Part shown: piece by piece, positions 56,457-64,000 of the stretch | How positions within the stretch are numbered: the first letter of the stretch is position 1 | How the letters are laid out: the number at the start of each line of letters is the position of its first letter | Source: Myxococcales bacterium | GTDB taxonomy: Bacteria > Myxococcota_A > UBA9042 | Assembly: GCA_023954815.1 (NCBI GenBank) | Contig: JAGSHB010000007.1 | Coordinates: 3,626-67,625, forward strand | DNA length: 64,000 bases | Direction of reading: 5' to 3' | The notes under the pieces: generated by a model | What the model was told of the DNA's origin: nothing | Database searches by the model: none | What the model saw: only the letters and a program-made list of their open reading frames with translations | Made by a program: the position numbers and the translations under genes

Positions 56457-57683
56457 TTGGCCAGTTCCCCAAACCCACTGCTTGAAACCCTAGATAGCAG
56501 CGAGCTGATCATCTGCATCGGTAGTGGCGGCGTGGGCAAAACCACCTCCTCCGCTGCCCTGGCGCTGCTCGCCGCGCTCCGTGGTCGCAAGACGCTGGTG
56601 CTGACCATCGATCCGGCCAAGCGGCTGCTCCAGGCCCTCGGGCTGCACGACGACGATCTGCCCGCCAACACGCCGCTGGAGGTCTTTCCCCGGATGACCA
56701 GCGCGCTGAGTCACCCAGAGCCGGGGCCCTTTGATCTGGGCACGGAAAAGGCCGGCAGTCTGCACGCCATGATGCTCGATCCAGAGCAGGGTGCGAGCCT
56801 GATGGTCGAGCGCTTATTGCCCGATAAATCAGTGCGCGAGGAGGTTTTGGCCAACCGCATCTACCGGGCGCTGCTGCCGGCGCTATCAGCTTCGCCTGAC
56901 CTGGTTGCGCTGGAGCTCATCGCCGATCTGCACCGCGAAAATAACTTCGATCTCATCGTTTTGGACACGCCGCCCGCCCACAACACCATGGACTTTTTGC
57001 AGGCCGGTCAGACGTTTTCAAACTTCATCAACGAGCGTGTGCTCAAGTGGTTTTCCCGTGTTCCTCGCAAGGATAGCGCCCACAAACGCAGCATTTTCCG
57101 GCGCGGTGGTTCCGTCGCCATGAGCGTGCTCGGTCGGCTGTTTGGCGCCGAGATTTTGCCGGATATCGCGGAGTTCTTTTATAGCTTCCGTGAGGTCATG
57201 CCGCTGATGCGAGAGCGCAACGAGCAGACCGACGCGCTGATGCGGTCTGACGTCACCGCCTTCATCGCCGTCACCGCGCCAGGCGCCACGAGTCTGCGTG
57301 AGGCCTACCACCTGCGCGAGCTACTCGAGACGGAAGGCCTGCCCTTCGCTGGTTTCGTGGTCAACCGCGTGCTGCAAGCCCCGGCGAGTCTGTCCGACGA
57401 GGAGACGCTGCAGCAGCTGAGCGAAGACCTGCAGGGGCGCCTCGAATCAACGGGCGTGCCGACCGATCAAGCCGAGAACCTCGCTGCCCGTGTGCGAGAG
57501 GGGGCCAAACGGCTCCACTTTATGGACCGCGCCGACCGCACGCAGGTCAAAGAGCTGAGAAAGTTGGCTGGCGATCATGCGTTTTGCGCTGTCGTCCCGC
57601 AGATGGAGCACGATATTCATGTGCTCGACGAGCTGCGTGATCTCGCCAATCAGCTGGTCGCAGGCGTCACCGAGGCGGCTTAG
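56457..57683 (+). CDS. ArsA/Get3-related P-loop ATPase (second of a pair)
   Basis: GSGGVGKTT, TIDPAKRL, LDTPPAHN, FVVNR. Confidence 0.9.
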   Translation: MASSPNPLLETLDSSELIICIGSGGVGKTTSSAALALLAALRGRKTLVLTIDPAKRLLQALGLHDDDLPANTPLEVFPRMTSALSHPEPGPFDLGTEKAGSLHAMMLDPEQGASLMVERLLPDKSVREEVLANRIYRALLPALSASPDLVALELIADLHRENNFDLIVLDTPPAHNTMDFLQAGQTFSNFINERVLKWFSRVPRKDSAHKRSIFRRGGSVAMSVLGRLFGAEILPDIAEFFYSFREVMPLMRERNEQTDALMRSDVTAFIAVTAPGATSLREAYHLRELLETEGLPFAGFVVNRVLQAPASLSDEETLQQLSEDLQGRLESTGVPTDQAENLAARVREGAKRLHFMDRADRTQVKELRKLAGDHAFCAVVPQMEHDIHVLDELRDLANQLVAGVTEAA

Positions 57684-57819
57684 ATGGCGCGAAATCAGAC
57701 CTCCAATTCCCGCCTCTCAGCGCGCCTGTCTGCGCAGGGGTGGACGGTGACGGCGCGCTGACACACAATGCAACGCGATCGCTGGTGCGGCAGATCGTGC
57801 CTGCACCCATGGAGACGCC

Positions 57820-58686
57820 ATGAACCGCCATTTCGCCCGCTGCCTTCCAGCTGCTGCCTTCATCGCCATGGCTATGGCGCTGCTGGTGACGCCGCATCAG
57901 GGGGGCGTGTCGCTCGCGACTGAAGCCCGCGCCGGCGGCTTAGACCTCGATTTTCGCGCTTTTTACGACCCCAACCGCGCGGTCGAAGAGCGTACCCAGA
58001 GCAAGGCCTACCAATCGCTCATGAGTGAGCTGAGCCTCGCCATGGGCTCCAGGATGGTCGGCCCGGCCGCGTCTCTCGGCGCCCTCGGCATCGAAGCGGC
58101 CTATGAGCTGTCCATCGTCGGCACCAACGCCTCCGCCAGCTATTGGAAAGACACCGCCTCCTCGCCGCAGTCCAGCGTGATGACCGGTCAGCTGCGTGTC
58201 CGCAAAGGTCTACCCTACGGTCTGCAACTCGGCGCCAATCTGACGCATCTGTACGACTCGAACATGTGGGCCATCGGCACCGAGATGAACATGAGCCTGG
58301 TCGACGGGTTCGCCAACATCCCGGATCTAGCCGTTCGCAGCAGCATCAACGTGGTCCTCGGCAACGCCGACCTGGGCATGCTGATCGTCGGCGCAGACGC
58401 GGTGCTGTCGAAGTCCTTTGGCATCGCCGGCATCTTGTCGCTGCAGCCCTGGGCGTCCTACAGCTTTGCGTATACCCACGTCAGTACGCACCAGATCGAC
58501 GTCTACCCGAACGCCTCGTCGATCACGCCAGACCTCATGCTGCTCAAGCAGATCAACGACACCAGCCACCGTGCCGCGTTCGGTCTGCGCATCGTGGTGA
58601 CGCGCGTGTCCCTCGGGTTTGAGTTCTTGCGTTCGTTCTCGGACAACCTCAACGTCATGACGTCGAAGCTCGGCGTCGACTTCTAG
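57820..58686 (+). CDS. Probable outer-membrane beta-barrel protein
   Basis: Signal peptide, amphipathic strands, C-terminal Phe (KLGVDF). Confidence 0.65.
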   Translation: MNRHFARCLPAAAFIAMAMALLVTPHQGGVSLATEARAGGLDLDFRAFYDPNRAVEERTQSKAYQSLMSELSLAMGSRMVGPAASLGALGIEAAYELSIVGTNASASYWKDTASSPQSSVMTGQLRVRKGLPYGLQLGANLTHLYDSNMWAIGTEMNMSLVDGFANIPDLAVRSSINVVLGNADLGMLIVGADAVLSKSFGIAGILSLQPWASYSFAYTHVSTHQIDVYPNASSITPDLMLLKQINDTSHRAAFGLRIVVTRVSLGFEFLRSFSDNLNVMTSKLGVDF

Positions 58687-58704
58687 CCCGGGCTTTCGGC
58701 ACCT

Positions 58705-59631
58705 ATGGCCGACTCTCAGCAAGCGCTGGTCGCTGCAATTCGGCGCAGAGAGCTCCGCCCGCTCGCCCGTCTCCTTCGCGATATTGACGACAACGTGCCT
58801 GGCGCGGACGCGATGATTCGCGCCCTCTGGCCGCACGGTGGCCATGCTCATATCGTCGGCATCACTGGACCACCAGGCGCAGGTAAATCGACGCTGGTCT
58901 CCGGATTGATCTCAGCCTGGCGCGCGCGCGGCAAGACGGTGGCGGTGCTCGCCGTCGACCCGAGCAGTCCGTTTTCTGGCGGTGCGTTGCTCGGCGATCG
59001 CGTGCGCATGATGCACCACGCCACCGACCCCGACGTCTTCATCCGTTCCGTGGCGACGCGCGGCGCGCTGGGAGGGTTGGGCCCGAGCACCTTGGAGCAG
59101 GTCGGCGTGCTTGACGCTGCTGGCTTTGACATCGTCATCGTCGAGACGGTGGGCGTCGGCCAAGACGAGGTCGACATCATTCGGGCGGCCCACAGCACTG
59201 TGGTCGTGTGTGTGCCGGGTCTCGGCGACGCGATTCAGGCGATGAAGGCGGGGGTGATGGAGATCGCTGATCTCTTCGTGGTCAATAAGTCCGACCGTCC
59301 TGGCGCGCAGACGACGGTGGCTGAGCTGGTCCGACTCGGCCGCATGGCGCCCAAAGCGGACGGTTGGCGGGTGCCTGTGCTCCGTGTGGTCGCCACGACA
59401 GCGACGGGGCTGGAAGCGGTGGTCGATGAGCTCCAGCGCCATCGAACGGCTGGCGACGGCTCCGATCGCAGTCGCGCACGGGCGATTCACGCGATCAGTC
59501 AGGCAAAACGGCGCCAGCATGAATCGGCGCTGCTGCCGTGGCTGGAGTCGTCAGCTGATGGCCAGGCCCTGGTACATAGGGTTGTCACGCGTGAAATGTC
59601 GCCGAGAGATGCAGCCGATCGCTGCCAGTAG
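58705..59631 (+). CDS. meaB: Methylmalonyl-CoA mutase-associated GTPase
   Basis: GITGPPGAGKST, VDPSSPFSGGALLGDR.RM, ETVGVGQDE, NKSD. Confidence 0.93.
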   Translation: MADSQQALVAAIRRRELRPLARLLRDIDDNVPGADAMIRALWPHGGHAHIVGITGPPGAGKSTLVSGLISAWRARGKTVAVLAVDPSSPFSGGALLGDRVRMMHHATDPDVFIRSVATRGALGGLGPSTLEQVGVLDAAGFDIVIVETVGVGQDEVDIIRAAHSTVVVCVPGLGDAIQAMKAGVMEIADLFVVNKSDRPGAQTTVAELVRLGRMAPKADGWRVPVLRVVATTATGLEAVVDELQRHRTAGDGSDRSRARAIHAISQAKRRQHESALLPWLESSADGQALVHRVVTREMSPRDAADRCQ

Positions 59632-59670
59632 TTGTGTGGGGGCGTCTCCTCGGCGGCCATCTGCGAGCAA

Positions 59671-61308
59671 CTAGCGAACGCCAATCAAGCTGACCCAGCC
59701 GTCCATGTGCCCGCGACCGCACCCGGCCGCCGCGCCCAAGATCAGGACGCGCTTGCGCTTGGCAGGTAGCAGGACGCTCGCGCCAGTGCTGCCAGAGAAG
59801 GCGACGGTGGTCTTGGCCTTGAGCTTTCCGCGCCGGCCGACCGTGGCGAGCCACGCGGCTGCGGTGGGTGCTTGGCCGTGCGCAAGCAGGGTGAACCCGC
59901 GGCGATGGGGGAGCAGCTTTACGCGCTGCTGGGTTGTAAATACGGGCCGAAAGCGCCGGAGCAGCTTCAACCGGTGTTTGCGATTCATGGTGCCCAGCCA
60001 GCCCGTGCCGTCTGGTTTGCGCCCGACGACCCACAGCGCCTTTCCCTTGGGTTGCGGGGCCAGCCCCAACACCACGCCGGGGACCTTTCCGCTGGCGACC
60101 GCGGTGGTGCGACCGGCGCCGTCGAAGGCTTCGAGCAGGGGCTTGTCGCCATCGGACCCACCGGCCCACAGCTGCCCCCCAGCGTGGACGAATGCGTGCG
60201 CGTGCTGCTTGCCAGGGCGCCGCACACGGGCTTTGCCTCTGATCTTGCCGGCAGCATCGATGCGCAAGAATAAGAAGTCCGCCTGCCGATTTTGATCCAC
60301 CTCGGCGAGCGCCAGCGCCCGACCCGGCGCAATAGCAACCACAGCGACCGCCTTGTCGACACCACCGCCGTCCAAATCCGCGTGCCCGCGAACACGCCCC
60401 TGACTATCGATGCGGGCGATCAAGATGTCGCTGCCGCCGGATGCATCGGTCTCGCCGACCACCCACGCTCCAGCAGCGCCATCGAGCGCCAACGCCGCGG
60501 GGCGATCGGGACCACCGGCACCAAAGTCGGCGCGCCGTTTGGTACGCCCCGTAGAATCGAGCAGCCACGTGCGTAGCTGGGTGTCCCCATCGGCTGCTGT
60601 CGCTTCGCCAGCCGCGAGGATGTAGCCGTTGGGCAGCGTCGCTGCCGCGTGCACATGGTCGTAGCCAATGCCGCCGAGGCACCGCTCGACGCTCACCTTG
60701 AACTGCCGACGGCCTGGCTGCTTTGCGGCTGCGCGGCCGGAAAACCAACCCGATTTCGCGGAAGCAGCCATGGCGCGCCACTTGCGCGCTTGGCGTTTGA
60801 GTCGGCACTGACGCGCCAACTGGGCGGCGGCGTGGAGCGTGGCTGCTGGCAGGGGCCACTTCGCCTGATGGGCCTGCCGCACAAAGGTCTGCATAGCCGA
60901 TAAGAGCTGCTTCTTGCCTGCGCGTGCCTTGCCAGCGGCGGCGGCATCTTGGGCAATCCCGAGCTCAGCCAGGGCGTTGGCGCGGCGCGTACCCTCCAGC
61001 CCCTGATTGCCGGTGCCCGCCCGGCCGAAGGCGCGAAAGCGGTGACCCGCCTCGTCGAACAGCCCTGCAGCCTCCAGCTTCTGCGCCAAGGCGAGTAGAT
61101 TGGCGGCGCCGCGTGCCTGATGCTGCTGCTCGTGGCAGGCCAAAGCGATGCCCGGCTGAGCCGACTTCGGTGCTTTGTCGCACTGCAGTTGGGGAATCTT
61201 CGCTGCGGCTGCGGCGGCGCGCGCCGTATGGGTGAGCAACGTGGAAGACACGAACAGACACAGCGCGACCAGGGCGAGCCGCATCGGTACGCGCACCGCT
61301 TCGGTCAT
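59671..61308 (-). CDS. Secreted basic protein: helical (TPR-like) N-region plus beta-propeller
   Basis: Signal peptide; repeats GG.G.D...A.A....G....G. Start approximate. Confidence 0.65.
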   Translation of the reverse strand: MTEAVRVPMRLALVALCLFVSSTLLTHTARAAAAAAKIPQLQCDKAPKSAQPGIALACHEQQHQARGAANLLALAQKLEAAGLFDEAGHRFRAFGRAGTGNQGLEGTRRANALAELGIAQDAAAAGKARAGKKQLLSAMQTFVRQAHQAKWPLPAATLHAAAQLARQCRLKRQARKWRAMAASAKSGWFSGRAAAKQPGRRQFKVSVERCLGGIGYDHVHAAATLPNGYILAAGEATAADGDTQLRTWLLDSTGRTKRRADFGAGGPDRPAALALDGAAGAWVVGETDASGGSDILIARIDSQGRVRGHADLDGGGVDKAVAVVAIAPGRALALAEVDQNRQADFLFLRIDAAGKIRGKARVRRPGKQHAHAFVHAGGQLWAGGSDGDKPLLEAFDGAGRTTAVASGKVPGVVLGLAPQPKGKALWVVGRKPDGTGWLGTMNRKHRLKLLRRFRPVFTTQQRVKLLPHRRGFTLLAHGQAPTAAAWLATVGRRGKLKAKTTVAFSGSTGASVLLPAKRKRVLILGAAAGCGRGHMDGWVSLIGVR

Positions 61309-61662
61309 GGGTAATCTCAGCTTCACGTCGACTCCTTCACCGCGGCCAACAGCCGGGGTACGCGTGTGCACTGTATCCCCTGACGAACCCCATTCGCCAG
61401 GGCGAGCCGAATGCCGTGAAAGCCGCAATCCGCCGATCGTTCCTCGACGAACCCGAACGGTGCGCTATGGTGCGGCTCGCATCGACGACTAGCCCGAACT
61501 TCTCACAAGCCGGGAAGGAATGGACGTCTAGATGCAAGCCAGGCGGGTTCTTCGAGGCGAAGTCATCCTACCGGGCTGTCGAGACGCGAAGGGCCCGCAT
61601 GGCGCCGCAGATCGGCGTTCAGGCCGACTGGCGGTGAGAAGGACGGGCGAGGAGCGAAGGCG

Positions 61663-62967
61663 ATGACCGCGGACCTTGTCTGGATTGGCTACACAACAAG
61701 GTATCGAACGGGCGGCGCCGAGTTGAAGCGGGCGGCCGAAGATCTCGCACGCCGGTCGCGCCGCGGTGGCGCTGTCGTCATCTGTCGACCTGTAGAACGC
61801 AAGGCTGCGTTCGTGCAAGAGATGGCGCGTATCTCAAAATGTGGCCAGCACATCCGGCAACTCCACCTGCTGACGCACAGCGGCCTCTACGGCCCGATGT
61901 TCGGCACCACCGAGTGGCCTGAACAGCTGAGCCCGGCGGAGTGGCGCGAGCTGCACATCCCGTTTTCAAACGAGGGCGAAGCCTTCTTCCACGCCTGCCG
62001 CACCGCGCGCTGGTTCGCGCCGTTTTTCGCCCGCACATTCAGTGTCCCGGCCCACGGCTATCACTGGTACACGACGTTTTCTGCCCGGCCCGACAAGTTT
62101 CGGCGCCCGCCCTGGTCGGACAAGTCGAAAGACGTCTATTTGGTTGGATTTCCGGGCCGAACCTCCCATGGACTGCTGGCATCCCTAGGTAAATACAGCG
62201 GTCTCGGCGCAGCGGAACCGATGAAACGCTTCGAGCCGGCGTTCGGTCCGCTGGCCGGCGGCTACGATCCCGTCGCGACCCTGTACGACCGCGTTTTTGA
62301 CGATATCTCTGTGCGCGCTGACGAAGTGAAGTGGCTCGAACAGCACCTGCCCGCAGACCGGCCGCGCGTGCTCGATCTGGGCTGCGGCAACGGCGCGCTC
62401 CTGGCTCGCTGGGCGGATCGAATCAAAAGTGGTGTCGGTATCGACGCGAGCCAGGGGATGCTTGCCCATGCTATCGCCCGCAACGCCAAACAGCCTCACA
62501 TCGCCTTTCATCACTGCCCTGAGCCGCAGCTGCCGTTAGCGGACAACAGCGTCGATGTGGCCGTCTCCCTCCTGTCATTTCGCTACCTGGACTGGGACCC
62601 GATGATGAACGAGCTCGCCCGCGTGCTGGTGCCGGGCGGCCGTATTCTCATTGTCGATATGGCCGCGCGCGCGCCGCGGTGGCAGGAGTGGCCCCAGCTG
62701 TTGTGGGACAAGGCGCAAACCGCGGCGAAAGCGAAGATGCGGCCGCAGTGGGGCCGGGACTTGGCGCGACTGGTGGCCGATCCCGAGTGGCAGACCATGC
62801 TCAACTACAACCCGATGCGTGCCGAACACGAGTACGTCTGGTACCTGCAGAGCCGATTTCCCGATGGGCAGTTGGAGCTGCTCAACATCGGGCGAACTGC
62901 GCGGGTGCTGGCCTTCGACAGCGGGCCCATTGAGCACATGCGTGACGCGAGGCTGACGTGGCCATGA
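61663..62967 (+). CDS. Class I SAM-dependent methyltransferase with an uncharacterised N-terminal domain
   Basis: VLDLGCGNG, GIDAS, VDVAVS, LARVLVPGGRILIVD in the C-terminal half. Confidence 0.88.
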   Translation: MTADLVWIGYTTRYRTGGAELKRAAEDLARRSRRGGAVVICRPVERKAAFVQEMARISKCGQHIRQLHLLTHSGLYGPMFGTTEWPEQLSPAEWRELHIPFSNEGEAFFHACRTARWFAPFFARTFSVPAHGYHWYTTFSARPDKFRRPPWSDKSKDVYLVGFPGRTSHGLLASLGKYSGLGAAEPMKRFEPAFGPLAGGYDPVATLYDRVFDDISVRADEVKWLEQHLPADRPRVLDLGCGNGALLARWADRIKSGVGIDASQGMLAHAIARNAKQPHIAFHHCPEPQLPLADNSVDVAVSLLSFRYLDWDPMMNELARVLVPGGRILIVDMAARAPRWQEWPQLLWDKAQTAAKAKMRPQWGRDLARLVADPEWQTMLNYNPMRAEHEYVWYLQSRFPDGQLELLNIGRTARVLAFDSGPIEHMRDARLTWP

Positions 62968-63773
62968 CGCCGGATTGGCCGGACCATGACAGCGGCGCTT
63001 CCCGCGTGACCGTCGTCGACTGGGGCGTCGGTGGGGTGGGATTGCTGAAGATGCTGCGTCAGTCCCGGCCCCAGTGGGCGCTGCGCTATCGCTCGGACTC
63101 CGGCTATCGGCCGTGGGGCACGGTGCCAACCCGCCAATTGCGTGACCGTCTCTCGGCGCTCATCGAACAAGAACAACGCTTGGGCGCGGATGCTGTGCTG
63201 ATCGCCTGCAATGCGGCGAGCACGGTGATTGGGCTGCTGGACCGACAGAGGCTGCGATGCGGGGTCCACGGCGTGATCGTGCCGGGGCTTGCGCGTCTGA
63301 CGCAGTCGGATTGGTCACATTTCGGCATCGTAGGCGGACGACGGACGATCCGCTCTGGCGCTTGGGCGCGCCCGCTTCGGCTGGCGGGGCGTCAGGTCAC
63401 CCAGCGTGTGGCCCAGCCCCTCAGCGCCAGAATCGAGCTAGGCGACGTCGACAGCGAAGCCACCAGAGCGCTTATCGCCCGAATCTGCGGCCCGCTCGCG
63501 AGCTGTGACGCTGTCGTATTGGCCTGCACGCACTACCCGGCCGCGTCGGCAGGCTTTGCCGCAGCGCTGCCAACGACAGTCCTCGTCGATCCGGCTACAG
63601 CGGCCCTCGATGCCCTCCTCGCCGCCCAGCCCTCCCCTACGCCCGATGCCGCAGCCGCAACCGCGCCGATTGCCGTCACCACAGGGGACGCAATCATGAC
63701 CAGACAGGCGGCCCAAAGTGCCTTTGGCCTGGACCTAGGTGTCGTAAGAGCCATCCCGATGACGACCCCATAG
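62964..63773 (+). CDS. murI: Glutamate racemase family protein
   Basis: DWGVGG, LIACNAAS, VLACTHYP (two catalytic Cys). ATGA overlap with the methyltransferase. Confidence 0.85.
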   Translation: MTPDWPDHDSGASRVTVVDWGVGGVGLLKMLRQSRPQWALRYRSDSGYRPWGTVPTRQLRDRLSALIEQEQRLGADAVLIACNAASTVIGLLDRQRLRCGVHGVIVPGLARLTQSDWSHFGIVGGRRTIRSGAWARPLRLAGRQVTQRVAQPLSARIELGDVDSEATRALIARICGPLASCDAVVLACTHYPAASAGFAAALPTTVLVDPATAALDALLAAQPSPTPDAAAATAPIAVTTGDAIMTRQAAQSAFGLDLGVVRAIPMTTP

Positions 63774-63869
63774 ACGGCCTCTGTCGCCCTTCGCCGCTCA
63801 CCCGTCGCTCGTCGCCCACCGGTCACAGGATTTTTGCCCAACCCCCACACCCGTGATGGGATGACGGCC

Positions 63870-64000
63870 ATGGGATTTTTACTCAAAAAGATGATCAGCG
63901 CATGGCTAGCCCCCCTACCTGTCGCCTTGGTGCTCCTCGCGCTCGGGCTGTGGTGGACGTGGTCCGAAGAGACGTGGAAACGCGGCTGGTGGACTGGTTT
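63870..64000 (+). CDS. N-terminus of a YdcF/ElyC (DUF218)-like membrane protein, truncated by the window edge
   Basis: MGFLLKKMISAWLAPLPVALVLLALGLWW resembles ElyC-type N-termini. Confidence 0.55.
   Translation, partial: MGFLLKKMISAWLAPLPVALVLLALGLWWTWSEETWKRGWWTG

Noticed and set aside
61480-61560. Cobalamin-riboswitch-like GGGAAG...AAGCCAG words
   Set aside because: The GCCACTG, CCGCAACTGT and GACCTGCC elements are missing.
1-64000. Numerous long antisense or alternate-frame ORFs in the track (e.g. 4371-5621, 27455-28954, 45715-46917, 51375-52541)
   Set aside because: These are typical high-GC shadow ORFs of well-supported genes and carry no motifs.
1-64000. CRISPR array, IS elements or prophage genes
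   Set aside because: No regularly spaced repeats, transposase, integrase or phage structural genes were recognised.

Overview
High-GC bacterial chromosome window, most likely Myxococcota/deltaproteobacterial (inferred from the gene repertoire: PhaR-like regulator, bactofilin, tandem ArsA-like ATPases, DUF1385-prfA, many lipoproteins). It holds about 55 CDS and one tRNA-Arg(UCU). I found no CRISPR array, integrase or transposase. Housekeeping genes include glgB, tyrS, typA, argF, a RelA/SpoT homologue, prfA, murI, ribBA and meaB. Accessory content includes an amino-sugar/B12-radical-SAM/GT-C cluster, an OPT transporter locus, ExbB-ExbD-TonB, a DUF4157 protein and a HEXXH-motif protein. The strongest hidden signal is at 3167-4258. 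The ORF track splits it at an in-frame TGA (3923-3925), but the reading GW-U-TS-C aligns with GW-C-AS-C in the adjacent paralogue and is followed by a SECIS-like hairpin. This makes it a probable selenocysteine redoxin lipoprotein. It belongs to a three-member family (Sec, Cys and motif-less versions) sharing an N-terminal 4-Cys domain I do not recognise. Other signals are a 76-bp structured element present in two inverted copies about 20.6 kb apart, and two apparent pseudo-enzymes (a PilT paralogue and the RibB domain of RibBA). All functional calls come from motifs read by eye; no database searches were run, and several start codons are best guesses.
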